This document shows, in pieces, positions 20,826 to 30,556 of a stretch of 64,000 bases of DNA. The notes beneath the pieces are model-generated. The model had not been told where the DNA came from. It saw only the letters and a program-made list of their open reading frames with translations, and did no database searches. Positions within the stretch are counted from its first letter, which is position 1. Every line of letters starts with the position of its first letter. The stretch is from Candidatus Eiseniibacteriota bacterium (GTDB lineage Bacteria > Eisenbacteria > RBG-16-71-46 > SZUA-252). The DNA lies in contig OY969801.1 of assembly GCA_963703225.1 (NCBI GenBank), positions 2,432,001-2,496,000 of the forward strand, written 5' to 3'. Made by a program: the position numbers and the translations under genes.

Positions 20826-21251
20826 TCATGCGGTGGGCGGAGATGTGCCCCTCGCGGCGAGATTCCCCACCACCTTGTGATTCCAGTAGGCCAAGGGCCA
20901 GAGGATCACGAAGTACCCGGTGAAGGTAATCCCCCAGAGGACGGCCAAGACCGTCTGGAGCACCCCCTCCATTCGTCCGCGGGACGGATCCCCGAACATC
21001 AGGTCGTAGCTCGCGATCGCCAGGCCGAAGAGCGCGGCGGCGACGTAGAGCGTCAGCAGCATGATCCAGACCCGTTTCCAGGTCGACAGTCTGTACGTGG
21101 GGAGGGTGACCGCTCCCACGATCAACCCAATGATGGGTGAGGCGAGGACACCCCCCCAGAGAAACCGTCCCATCTCGTGCCCGATGAGCCACGCGACGCC
21201 GGCCCAGAGGCAACCGGATAGGGCGCAGAGCAGGTAGTAGCGGCGCGTCAC
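20826..21251 (-). CDS. Hypothetical 4-TM membrane protein
   Basis: Hydrophobic ORF co-oriented downstream of the kinase. Confidence 0.7.
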   Translation of the reverse strand: MTRRYYLLCALSGCLWAGVAWLIGHEMGRFLWGGVLASPIIGLIVGAVTLPTYRLSTWKRVWIMLLTLYVAAALFGLAIASYDLMFGDPSRGRMEGVLQTVLAVLWGITFTGYFVILWPLAYWNHKVVGNLAARGTSPPTA

Positions 21252-21278
21252 CGCCGACTCAAGCCTCGACCCGCTCCA

Positions 21279-24137
21279 TTACTTCTTCGCCGCACCGCGA
21301 AGCTTCGCCTTCAGCTCATCAAAGTAGTTGAGTGCGAGATCAAACCGCGTGATCTCGTCCTCGCCCTCTCCCTTCTGGATGGCGAGAAGCCTTCCGCCCG
21401 GGAGGAAATCGATCAGGCCGCTCACGACTCGAAGCGCGTCCAGGTCCCAGGCGACCGCGGGGACAGTCGCGCCGAGCCTGGGTGAGGCCACGATCGCCGA
21501 GGACATGATCTGATTCTGCGGCGTCAGGAAATAGACGCGCTTCCCATCTCGGCTCCAATTGAGCATCCTCTGCACGCCTCCCTGGGACACCACCAGCGGC
21601 TGCCCGGCCGGGCCACCCCGGTCCCAGGCGGATACAAACACTTCGAACTTGCCGGTCTCGTCGGATACATACGCGATCATGCGGCCGTCCGGAGAAAAGA
21701 ATCCTCCGCCATAGCTCGCGGGGCCGCGAAACACGGGCTTGGCCTCCACCTCTTGGAGCGACGTGGCCGGTGCCGTCAGGAGGGCGAACTTGCCGGCATG
21801 GACACGGGTCAGGAGGAGTTCGCTGCCATCCGGAGACCACGAGTTGGGGAAGATCGCATTGTTCTCATCGGACTTCACGAGCCTCCGCGGCGGAGCGCTC
21901 GCGTCGGCGCTCGCCATGTAGATCCCGTTCACGTCTCCACGCCCAATCTGCGAGTATGCGAATCGGGTTCCATCGGGTGACCAGGTCGCTTGGCTGCAGT
22001 CTACCCCCGGGACGCCGACCACGCGGCGCGATGCCGTCTGTCCGCGATACGATACCCAAATTTCATAAATCGCCCCCGCGTCGGCGATGACGCTGGCGAA
22101 ACGAGTTCCATCCGGCGAGGCGCTCAGGTCCGCCTCGAACGGCTGGCGCTCCCCTGACCAGTCCGAGGTCTTGCCGTCCGCGTCGACGATGACCGCGCGG
22201 CGATTCTGCCCGACATTCCCCCCCGAAACGTAGAGGAGCGATCCGTCCGAGGCGGTCTTAAACTCCGCGTTGCCCCAGGTGGCGTTGACGCGAAGGCCAC
22301 CCTGAAGCGCGACCGGAGAGCCTTTCACAACGAGGCGGTTGAGATCGAACGGCACCGCGAGCAACGCGTCGCGCCTGGAGAACAACAGGTGCCCTGTTGG
22401 CGAGTACTCGGCAAACCCGGCGTCGCGCAGGAGGATTTTCGCCTTCCCTGATTTGAGGTCCAGAGCACCGACGGCGATTTGGAAGACGCCCTCCTGGTAG
22501 GAGGTCGCGGTGAACAGCACGCCCCGATCACCCGGGAGCAGTTTTCGGAACGTATATTCGCCCTCAAAGCCAGGTGCAGAAAGCGGCAGCGGCTTCGATG
22601 GCGCGCCGCCGTCCGCCGGGATGCGCACGTACTGCCTCCCGCTTGATGTGACCATGAGAATATCGCCCGACGCCAGCCAGATCGGCCTGCGGTCCCACTC
22701 GTCGTCCGCCTTCACGACTGGGACGGGCGGGGAGCTCCCGTCGAGGGGCACCTTCGACAATTGTCGCTGCGTCGTCCGCTCGGAGATTGGAGCTAGAAAG
22801 AGGACCCACTTTCCGTCCTCGCTGAATGTGAGGCTAACGACACCCTCGGTGCCGGCGAGGGGTCGAAACGCGGTTTCGTCCATCCGCCGAGCATAGAGGC
22901 GAGGCTGCGGGTAGTCTCCGGTCGGCGACTTGCGAGGCTGCCCCAAAATCAGAAACGTGCGCCCGTCCGGCGAAAGAATTCCACTCAAAGCACGAATGTC
23001 TTCCGGAATGGAGACCGACACGCGCGTGACGCCGTGGCTACGGGCACCACCGCTCGAGCCGGGTCCAAATTTGCCCCAAAGGTTTATGGCGAGGGCCGCC
23101 CCCAGGATGATCCCCAGGCCGAAGAGCACGCCGCCGCGAAGGTCGAATCCCTTCTTCACGGGAGCCGCCGCGACCGTTGCCTGCGGACCGCCACGCCCCG
23201 CCCTCAATTCCTCGATCGCGAGCCTCGCGTCACCGATGTCCCGGAGCCTTTTCTTCGCGTCCTTCTCGAGGCACCGGTGCAAGAGCGCGCGGATCGGCTC
23301 CGGAGTTTGTCTTGGCAGCCGCGACCAGTCGACGTCTCGCTCCAAGATCTTCGCGATCGTGTCCGATACCGTTTCCCCCTCGAATGCCAGCCTACCGGTG
23401 AGGCATTCGTAGAGCACGCAACCGAACGACCAAATGTCGGTGCGCCGGTCGACCGGCTTCCCCCTTGCCTGCTCGGGCGAGAGATAGGCCGCCGTGCCGA
23501 GGATCACTCCTGGCATCGTCGCCGGCGAGTGAAAGGTGGGCGAGTGCGGCAGCGTGGGAGACTGGGCGATGGTCGGCGATTGCGGGAGCACCGGCGATTG
23601 GGCCATCGAGTGCGAGCTGGGAATCGTGGGCGATTGGGCGGGGTCGGAGTCGGACGCCACCTTCCCCTTCGCCAGCCCGAAGTCGAGGACCTTCACCACG
23701 TCGTGCGGCGTGATCATCACGTTCCCGGGTTTCAAATCCCGGTGGATGATCCCGCCCTCGTGCGCGGCTTCGAGGCCCGCCGCGATCTGATGGCAGATAT
23801 CGAGCGTGTCGGCCAAGGGCATCGGCCCGCGCGCCAGCCGCTCCGCGAGCGACTGCCCTTCCACGTGCTCGAGGATCAAGTAGCGCGCGCCGGCGCTCTC
23901 CTCCACGCCGTAAATCGCCGCGATGTTCGGATGGCTGAGCGAGGCCAGCACCTTGGCCTCGCGTTCAAAGCGTTGCAGCCGGTCCGGGTCCGCCGCCACG
24001 TCGAGCGGCAGGGACTTGATCGCGACGGCGCGGTCGAGCCGTGTGTCTCGCCCCAGAAAGACGACGCCCATGCCTCCACGACCGATCTCGCGGTCGATCC
24101 GATAGGGGCCGATGGTCGCGGGAACCATGGTCGTCAC
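21279..24137 (-). CDS. Hanks-type Ser/Thr kinase - TM - TolB/PD40-like beta-propeller
   Basis: GRGGMG, VAIK, HRDLKPGN, DFG, YLSPE; TM GGVLFGLGIILGAALAI; repeated SPDG. Start GTG 24137 or ATG 24128. Confidence 0.95.
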   Translation of the reverse strand: MTTMVPATIGPYRIDREIGRGGMGVVFLGRDTRLDRAVAIKSLPLDVAADPDRLQRFEREAKVLASLSHPNIAAIYGVEESAGARYLILEHVEGQSLAERLARGPMPLADTLDICHQIAAGLEAAHEGGIIHRDLKPGNVMITPHDVVKVLDFGLAKGKVASDSDPAQSPTIPSSHSMAQSPVLPQSPTIAQSPTLPHSPTFHSPATMPGVILGTAAYLSPEQARGKPVDRRTDIWSFGCVLYECLTGRLAFEGETVSDTIAKILERDVDWSRLPRQTPEPIRALLHRCLEKDAKKRLRDIGDARLAIEELRAGRGGPQATVAAAPVKKGFDLRGGVLFGLGIILGAALAINLWGKFGPGSSGGARSHGVTRVSVSIPEDIRALSGILSPDGRTFLILGQPRKSPTGDYPQPRLYARRMDETAFRPLAGTEGVVSLTFSEDGKWVLFLAPISERTTQRQLSKVPLDGSSPPVPVVKADDEWDRRPIWLASGDILMVTSSGRQYVRIPADGGAPSKPLPLSAPGFEGEYTFRKLLPGDRGVLFTATSYQEGVFQIAVGALDLKSGKAKILLRDAGFAEYSPTGHLLFSRRDALLAVPFDLNRLVVKGSPVALQGGLRVNATWGNAEFKTASDGSLLYVSGGNVGQNRRAVIVDADGKTSDWSGERQPFEADLSASPDGTRFASVIADAGAIYEIWVSYRGQTASRRVVGVPGVDCSQATWSPDGTRFAYSQIGRGDVNGIYMASADASAPPRRLVKSDENNAIFPNSWSPDGSELLLTRVHAGKFALLTAPATSLQEVEAKPVFRGPASYGGGFFSPDGRMIAYVSDETGKFEVFVSAWDRGGPAGQPLVVSQGGVQRMLNWSRDGKRVYFLTPQNQIMSSAIVASPRLGATVPAVAWDLDALRVVSGLIDFLPGGRLLAIQKGEGEDEITRFDLALNYFDELKAKLRGAAKK
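23532..23639 (-). repeat. Six imperfect 18-bp coding repeats in the kinase activation segment
   Basis: AQSPTI PSSHSM AQSPVL PQSPTI AQSPTL PHSPTF between DFG and GTAAY. Confidence 0.85.
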
Positions 24138-24144
24138 GTGGTCC

Positions 24145-24531
24145 TCAAGCGCTCGCCTTTTCGCCGCGAAGGTTCTCGATCCACCAGTCGGCTTCGGCCG
24201 AAGTGCGGAAGGGGCGAAGCTTGCAGACGTCCTCCACCAACATTTCAAGCATGCGCATCATGCCGAAGGCGAGATCCGAGTCGACAATGATCGCCGCCGC
24301 GCCGAGGCGGCTCTCCTTGCTCATCGCGCGCATCGTCTCCACGACGGTCCGGACATCGGAGGCCGAGAAGTGAGGCTCCGCAGCCCGCGCGTCGCAGACC
24401 TCGGGGTAGCTAAGCGCTCCCTGGTCGCGCCCATGCTCGAGGTGAAGTCGAATGTCCTCCATCGTGATGGGACCTTCGGCCGTGGCGTAGATCTCACGGC
24501 GTTCGTGATCGATCCGAGTCGTGAATCCCAT
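24145..24531 (-). CDS. Small STAS/SEC14 (SpoIIAA-like) domain protein
   Basis: G.IT..D, DAR, AI.V.SDLAFGM.RM, FR...EA..W pattern. Confidence 0.65.
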   Translation of the reverse strand: MGFTTRIDHERREIYATAEGPITMEDIRLHLEHGRDQGALSYPEVCDARAAEPHFSASDVRTVVETMRAMSKESRLGAAAIIVDSDLAFGMMRMLEMLVEDVCKLRPFRTSAEADWWIENLRGEKASA

Positions 24532-24560
24532 ACATACCCCCCAGCTTGAAATTGAGACCG

Positions 24561-27425
24561 CTACTTCCTCGCGGCTTGGAGCCGCTGCTTCACTACCTGG
24601 TCAAACCCGAACGCAACATCGACCTGCTTCACATCGCCCTCGTTATCGCCTCTGCGGACGGCGAGGAACGATCCATTTGGCAGGATATCCCCCATCCAAT
24701 CGAGCAACCCCAGTGATCCAGAATCCCAGACCAGTCTGGGCTCCGAAGCGCTGAGCCTCGGCTCGCGCGCGATCGTGACTGACATTACTTTGTACGGTGT
24801 CGATGTCCGGTAATAGAGCTGCTTCCCGTCGGCCGCCCACCGCGAAGCACCCCCACCACCGGGCGAGACCAACAGCGGGCGGGACGCGATTCCAGTGGGA
24901 CCGAATTCGCAAACATAGACCTCGCTGGAGCCGGATTCATCGGAGGCGTAGGCGAGGAGCCTTCCGTCTCGCGAGAGCTCGCTTGCGACGACGTGCGCTC
25001 CCCCATTGGGGAAAAGAGGTCGAGTCGCCCCACCGTTTGGTCCGTGCGGATCGGTGGGGACCACCAGGAACGTCGGTCTACCCCCGGTATTTCGGGCCAC
25101 AAGGACCGCCGTGCCATCCGACGTCCATGAGTACGCCCGAATGTACTCCTCGTGGTCGGCCTTGCAGACGAGGCGGGTCGGGGAAGATCCTTCCAAATCG
25201 GCAATGTAGATACCGTCGGTATCGGCGCCCGCGAACTGGGTGTACGCGATCCAACGTCCATCCCCAGACCAAATGGGGTCCTCGCAGTCGACTCCCTCGA
25301 CGGCAATGGCGCGTCGAGAAGTCGGCCGGTGCCTCTCGGAGACCCAAATCTCATCGATCGCGCTCGGGTTGGCGATCACCGCCGCGAATCGGCTCCCATC
25401 CGGTGAGGCTCGCAGTCCGCCCTGAAACGGCCGTCGTTCACCCGACCACTCAGAGATAGTTCCATTGGCGTCCACCGTGATCGCGCGGCGGTCGCGCGAG
25501 ATGTCTCCCCCCGATCGATAGAAAAGAGCGCCGTTTGAGGCAAGCCTGGCATCGGAATGGGTGTACGAACCGTCGACCGCGAGTTCATCCAGAACAGCCA
25601 CCGGATCGCCTTTGAGTTCAAGTCGGCCCAGGTCAAATGGGGCGGCGAGCAGCCTGTCGCCGCGGGTGAACGCGATAAAGCCCGCACCCACGTAGTTAGG
25701 GCTCCCTCCGTCCTGGACGAGCATCTTTGCGGTTCCCGTCTTGAGGTCAAGGACGCCGAATCCCAAATGAAACACGCGGCCCGAGTAGCCACGCGTCGCA
25801 AAGAAGACCGCTCGATCGTCCGGAAGCGGATAACCGAAACTGCTAAGGGTCCCGTCGAACCCGGCGATCCTGAGCTCCTTCGGTGCCGAGACGGCTCCGT
25901 TGGGTGCGATTCGAACATACGACTTACCCACGCCCGAGACGCCGAGGATCTCGCCCGAAGCCAGCCAAGCCGGGTACCCCTGGGCGTCATCAGGCAGATC
26001 GCAGATCTGGGTGGGCGGCGCGGTGCCGCCCACCGGAACCTTGTAGAGACGAAGTCTTGTCGAGTTTGGTGCGATGGGCGCCACGTAGGCCACACTCCTA
26101 GAGTCGTGGCTGACGGCAGCGAAGAACCGCGCGCCTTCGGTGCCCTTGATCGGCGTGAAGTCGGGGCTCTCGATCCGACGCACATAGATCCTTCTTTCCG
26201 GCACGCCCTTCTCGCCAGGCGGTGTCGCGCCCGCACTCTCGGCGCCGCGCGGCGAAGCGATGATCAAAATCGAACTGCCGTCTCCGGCAATCATTCCATC
26301 CACGAACCGAAGCTGCTCTGGGATCGGAACCGAAACCATGGCGCGCATCGGGCTGACGCTCCGGGCCTTGGATCCGAGGACGTTCGCGATCGCCATGGCC
26401 GCGAGAACACCGATCACAATGAGCGCTCGGCCCCTGCCTGCAAAGAGGCGCTCCAAGCCGCCTCCTCGGGCAGCCTGCGCTCCCGCGGCATCGACCACGC
26501 CCGACGCGTCGCGACCCGACTTTACCTCGTCGATCACCAGCCGCGCGTCGCCGATATCCCGAAGCCGGCGCTTGGGGTCCTTCTCCAGGCACCGCCCAAT
26601 CAGCTCCCGGATCCGGGGCGGCGTCTGCCGGGGCAGCCGTGACCAATCGACTTCCCGCTCGAGGATCTTCGCGATTGTGTCCGATGCCGTCTCTCCCTCG
26701 AACGCTCGGGTCCCCGTGAGGCATTCGTAGAGCACGCAGCCGAACGCCCAGATGTCGGTCCGCCGGTCGACCGGTTTTCCCCGCGCCTGCTCGGGTGAGA
26801 GATAGGCCGCGGTGCCCAGGATCACCCCGGGCATCGTCGCGGGCGATTGGATCGTCGGCGAATGCGCGAGGGTCGGCGAGCTGGGAAGCGGAGTCGGGGA
26901 GGTGGGATAGGATGGCGAATCGGCGAGCCCCGAGTCCGCGGTCACCCGCCCCTTCGCCAACCCGAAGTCGACCAGCTTCACCTGATCGGACGGCGTGATC
27001 ATCACGTTTGCCGGCTTCAAGTCCCGGTGGATGATGCCCCCTTCGTGCGCCGCCTCGAGACCCGCCGCGATCTGATGGCCGATGTCGAGAACGTCCGAAA
27101 GCGGCAGCCGGCCGCCCGCCAGGCGCTCCGCCAGCGACTCCCCTTCGACGTGTTCCAGTATCAGGTAGCGCGCGCCGCCGCTCTCCTCCACGCCGTGGAT
27201 CGCCGCGATGTTGGGGTGGCTGAGCGAGGCCAATACCTTCGCCTCCCGCTCGAACCGCTGGAGCCGCTCGGGGTCCGCGGCGACCTCCGGGGGCAGCGCC
27301 TTGATCGCAACGGGGCGATCGAGCCGGGTGTCGTGCCCGAGAAATACCACACCCATTCCGCCGCGGCCGATCTCGCGGTCGATCCGGTAGGGCCCGATGC
27401 TTGTCGGTATCGTCGTCGGCATCAC
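24561..27425 (-). CDS. Second Ser/Thr kinase - TM - beta-propeller (paralog)
   Basis: Kinase domain nearly the same as in 21279..24137; HRDLKPAN, DFG; TM ALIVIGVLAAMAIANVL. Confidence 0.95.
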   Translation of the reverse strand: MMPTTIPTSIGPYRIDREIGRGGMGVVFLGHDTRLDRPVAIKALPPEVAADPERLQRFEREAKVLASLSHPNIAAIHGVEESGGARYLILEHVEGESLAERLAGGRLPLSDVLDIGHQIAAGLEAAHEGGIIHRDLKPANVMITPSDQVKLVDFGLAKGRVTADSGLADSPSYPTSPTPLPSSPTLAHSPTIQSPATMPGVILGTAAYLSPEQARGKPVDRRTDIWAFGCVLYECLTGTRAFEGETASDTIAKILEREVDWSRLPRQTPPRIRELIGRCLEKDPKRRLRDIGDARLVIDEVKSGRDASGVVDAAGAQAARGGGLERLFAGRGRALIVIGVLAAMAIANVLGSKARSVSPMRAMVSVPIPEQLRFVDGMIAGDGSSILIIASPRGAESAGATPPGEKGVPERRIYVRRIESPDFTPIKGTEGARFFAAVSHDSRSVAYVAPIAPNSTRLRLYKVPVGGTAPPTQICDLPDDAQGYPAWLASGEILGVSGVGKSYVRIAPNGAVSAPKELRIAGFDGTLSSFGYPLPDDRAVFFATRGYSGRVFHLGFGVLDLKTGTAKMLVQDGGSPNYVGAGFIAFTRGDRLLAAPFDLGRLELKGDPVAVLDELAVDGSYTHSDARLASNGALFYRSGGDISRDRRAITVDANGTISEWSGERRPFQGGLRASPDGSRFAAVIANPSAIDEIWVSERHRPTSRRAIAVEGVDCEDPIWSGDGRWIAYTQFAGADTDGIYIADLEGSSPTRLVCKADHEEYIRAYSWTSDGTAVLVARNTGGRPTFLVVPTDPHGPNGGATRPLFPNGGAHVVASELSRDGRLLAYASDESGSSEVYVCEFGPTGIASRPLLVSPGGGGASRWAADGKQLYYRTSTPYKVMSVTIAREPRLSASEPRLVWDSGSLGLLDWMGDILPNGSFLAVRRGDNEGDVKQVDVAFGFDQVVKQRLQAARK

Positions 27426-27727
27426 TCCCCGGATTGCATCGCCTTCAGGAGCTCCTGCGCCCTGTGATTCTCGGGATCCAGCTCCAGGGCGTGCTTGTTG
27501 CTGGCGATCGCGGCCGTCTTGTCACCCTTCAGGGCCTGGAGCATGCCGAGGAGGCTGAAGCTGTCGGCATCCTTGGGGTCTTCCTCGATACTCACATTCA
27601 CGATCGAGATCGCTCCGTCGGGGTCGTTTCGGTCGTGGGCCACCCACTCGGCGAGGTCGTGGAGTGAAAGAGGACTGAAGTCGTAAGCTCCGGTGCCGTA
27701 GTATTTCGCGCGGAGGTCCTCATCCAT
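27422..27727 (-). CDS. Short TPR protein, possibly a 5'-truncated gene remnant
   Basis: TPR pattern LG.L....GD..AAI.....ALELDPEN; stop overlaps the kinase start. Confidence 0.6.
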   Translation of the reverse strand: MDEDLRAKYYGTGAYDFSPLSLHDLAEWVAHDRNDPDGAISIVNVSIEEDPKDADSFSLLGMLQALKGDKTAAIASNKHALELDPENHRAQELLKAMQSGE

Positions 27728-27792
27728 ACAAGCCAGAGAGCACGATTGAGGCGAGCGACGCGAGGAACAGTCGGGACCATACCAGGGGCTCC

Positions 27793-29028
27793 ATGAACTC
27801 TCCTAGGTTGTGGAAGAGGGCCGAAGGCGGGGTGCGGAGAGAGAATAGCAGGCGCGGCATCCCTTTTCAGCGCCCGGAATTGCCCGCGCGGCGGATCTCC
27901 GGCCCGCGAGGACGCCTTGCCTCCTGCGTCCTCGCGGTGCTGGCCCTATGTGGCGCGGGCTCAGGCGCCGCCTCCGACACCCTATCCTCCGCCGATTCGC
28001 TCCGTCTCATTCCCGTGGGGCGATTCGACTTCGTGGCCACGGACAACCCGGACGTTTCGCTCCTGCCGGAAGGATTGAGCGCCATCGCATGGCAGGGCGA
28101 CGACCACTATCTTGCCGTGGGCGACGAGCACGCCTGCCTTCACCGGCTCACCGTCCAGGTCGATCCCAAGACCGGCCGCGTTCTGGGCGCGAAATTCGGA
28201 GCTCCGGTCCGGTTAACCGACTCGCTCGGCGTTCCGATCCCGGACATCATATCGGGCAAGGATCGTGAGGGGCTCGCGCTCGAGCCTGCGACCGAGTCGG
28301 TCTGGATCGCCAATGAGTGGACCGGAGCGGACGTCCACCATCCTTCCGTCGCGAAGCATGACATCAAGACCGGACGGATGCTGGCGCTCGTGCGCACGGA
28401 CAGCGACTCTTTATTGCAAGTATTCGGCCGCATCCGCTACAACCTCGGCTTTGAATCGCTCACGAGGAAGTTCGATGGATCAGGGTACTGGACGGCCAAT
28501 GAGGGTCCGCTCCTGGTGGACAGCCGTCGCGTCACGGACTCCACAGGCGCCGTCGTACGTCTCCTGAGCTTTGACGGCGCCATGCATCCGGCAGCCCAGT
28601 ACGCGTACCGAATCGATTCCTTCTCCCGGCGAATCTCCTCCCCGTTTTTTCTAGCAGGAAGCGAGGTGAACGGGCTCTCCGAGCTGGCGGCGCTGCCCGA
28701 CGGCCGCCTCCTGGCGCTCGAGCGGGCATTCGCCGGCGATTCGACCGGCGCCGCGAATTTCAGAGACCGGATCTATCTGGTCGACACGGCCGGGGCCACC
28801 GATGTCTCCCGCGGGGATCTGGCGGGAGGGCTCAACGGGAGGACCTACACACCCGCGCGGAAGACGATGCTCTGGGAGATGAACTCGGGGTTCACGAATT
28901 CCAACTTCGAGGGCATGACCCTGGCTGGGCGGCTCGACGACGGCGCCCAGCTGCTGCTCCTCATCGCCGATAACGACAAGGGGCGCAGCCAGGCGCTTTA
29001 CTCGCTCCGGCTCGTGGGATTGAAGTAG
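27793..29028 (+). CDS. Esterase-like activity of phytase family exported protein (start uncertain)
   Basis: GLSAI, D.EGL, N.GFESLT, GLSEL, LERAF, NFEGMT, ADN motifs. Confidence 0.85.
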   Translation: MNSPRLWKRAEGGVRRENSRRGIPFQRPELPARRISGPRGRLASCVLAVLALCGAGSGAASDTLSSADSLRLIPVGRFDFVATDNPDVSLLPEGLSAIAWQGDDHYLAVGDEHACLHRLTVQVDPKTGRVLGAKFGAPVRLTDSLGVPIPDIISGKDREGLALEPATESVWIANEWTGADVHHPSVAKHDIKTGRMLALVRTDSDSLLQVFGRIRYNLGFESLTRKFDGSGYWTANEGPLLVDSRRVTDSTGAVVRLLSFDGAMHPAAQYAYRIDSFSRRISSPFFLAGSEVNGLSELAALPDGRLLALERAFAGDSTGAANFRDRIYLVDTAGATDVSRGDLAGGLNGRTYTPARKTMLWEMNSGFTNSNFEGMTLAGRLDDGAQLLLLIADNDKGRSQALYSLRLVGLK

Positions 29029-29031
29029 CCC

Positions 29032-29928
29032 CTAGCGCTCCTGTTTCTCCAACAAGATGACGCCGCCCCAGGGCGTCCCGGGGCGTTTTCCCTTCGAGTC
29101 GGGGAAGAGCGCGAACAGGCGCAATCCGAACGGGAGGCGGTTCTTCTTGGCGGCCCACTTCAACATCGAGCGGACGTCCACCGGACGCCAGCCGTGGGGC
29201 GTGAAGAAATCCGGGCCCTCCTCGGGGCTGAAGACGAGCGGCGCCCGCGCCTCCTCTAGCCGTTGGCCGATCTCCTTCATGAGAGTTTCCCGGAGCGCTC
29301 GCGACATCAGGTCGGTCGCCCAGCGCCGGAATCCAGCCGCCGACGCCAGGTCTTCGGCCAAGCCGGCGACCTGCTCGTTCGTGAGGTAGGAAATGAGCCC
29401 TTCGCTCAGGATGAGCGCGTTGCTCGACTCCCGACCCAATTGGGCAAAGAGCGGGCGCCGAGCCTCGCTGTCCGCCAAGTCGACGCGATATCGGCGCAGA
29501 TCGCACCGAGGCGTCTCCCCCGCGAGGATCCCCTCCTTGTAATCCAAGATCTCGGGCAGGTCGACTTCCACCCAGCGGAGCGAGGGCGGAAGCTCCATTC
29601 GGTAGGGCCGCGCGTCGAGGCCCGCCGCCAGGTTGATCACCATGTCCCCGCCCGACCGGACGTGATCGGCGATAAAGGTGTCGAACAGAAAGGTTCGGAT
29701 CGTGAACGGCCAATCCCCGGCGGCCCTCGCGCCAAGCCCCTCGGCGATCTCCTCTCCTCGATCTCCGGCAAGCCGCCGCGCCAGGGGATCCCGGAACAGA
29801 GCGTCCGGGCGTTCCGTCTCGCGCGCGCGATAGACCGCGACCCAGCGGGCGGTATCGGAAATATTCCGGATCAGGGGTTCTGCCGCGGCCACCGGCTGTA
29901 TGTCCTCTCCTACTTCGGCCACAACCAC
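29032..29928 (-). CDS. SAM-dependent methyltransferase, LCM/TIGR00027-like
   Basis: DTARWVAVYRARE..RPDALF.DP, LAAGLDARPYR, EVDLP, EGL..YL. Confidence 0.9.
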   Translation of the reverse strand: MVVAEVGEDIQPVAAAEPLIRNISDTARWVAVYRARETERPDALFRDPLARRLAGDRGEEIAEGLGARAAGDWPFTIRTFLFDTFIADHVRSGGDMVINLAAGLDARPYRMELPPSLRWVEVDLPEILDYKEGILAGETPRCDLRRYRVDLADSEARRPLFAQLGRESSNALILSEGLISYLTNEQVAGLAEDLASAAGFRRWATDLMSRALRETLMKEIGQRLEEARAPLVFSPEEGPDFFTPHGWRPVDVRSMLKWAAKKNRLPFGLRLFALFPDSKGKRPGTPWGGVILLEKQER

Positions 29929-30470
29929 CCGAATGCGCCTCCGGTCAGGCAGCCATAGACGAGCGCGTCAAACAGGCTGCGGAAGGTCGTCCCCCACGAG
30001 CGCTTGTACCAGATGGAGTGCTGGATCAGGGCCATCCCATAGCTCAGAAAAGCGGCGGTGCCGGCAAAGCGGAACGCCGCGAGATAGGGCGAGCCAGGCG
30101 GTAGGGCGCGGCCTGCGATGTAGGCCGAGAACGTGCCCACGAGGAGGCAATAGAGGAACCATTGAACCAGCTGGCCGACCATCGACGGCCGGCCGCTTGG
30201 CATGACGGTCATCATCACGACCGGCCCCTTGGCCCATTTCTCCTGGAACGCCGGATCGCGCATTTCCTTGCCACTCCCCGCGCAGGGAGCCAAGTAATCC
30301 CCCGGCGGGATGTTGAACTTCCGGAGCGCCTCCAAGACCTGGTCTTCGGATGGGAGCTTCTTGTAGTCGGCGCGGTGGTACCCCAGCATCATGTGGATGA
30401 TCGAGCTGACGGCGAAGACGAGAACAGCGGAAAGGAGAATCGGAAGCCACAGCGACATGATATGGACCAT
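29910..30470 (-). CDS. Conserved hypothetical membrane protein
   Basis: LWLPILLSAV, SS.IHM, PPG.Y, several TMs, ends GWLWPK. Confidence 0.75.
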   Translation of the reverse strand: MVHIMSLWLPILLSAVLVFAVSSIIHMMLGYHRADYKKLPSEDQVLEALRKFNIPPGDYLAPCAGSGKEMRDPAFQEKWAKGPVVMMTVMPSGRPSMVGQLVQWFLYCLLVGTFSAYIAGRALPPGSPYLAAFRFAGTAAFLSYGMALIQHSIWYKRSWGTTFRSLFDALVYGCLTGGAFGWLWPK

Positions 30471-30556
30471 ATGCCCCCCCTGTGGTTGACTCGCGCAGGA
30501 TAGCAGGCTGCGGGGTGGGGGAAACTGGAATTTAGGATCGCGACGGACCGGGGCCA

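Noticed and set aside
23532..23639. 18-bp repeats as a CRISPR-like array
   Set aside because: No spacers, degenerate at codon third positions, fully coding, and no cas genes.
23200..27400. Near-identical DNA in the two kinase genes as a DGR template/variable repeat or mobile repeat
   Set aside because: Both copies are in-frame kinase domains, differences look largely synonymous rather than adenine-specific, and no reverse transcriptase is present.
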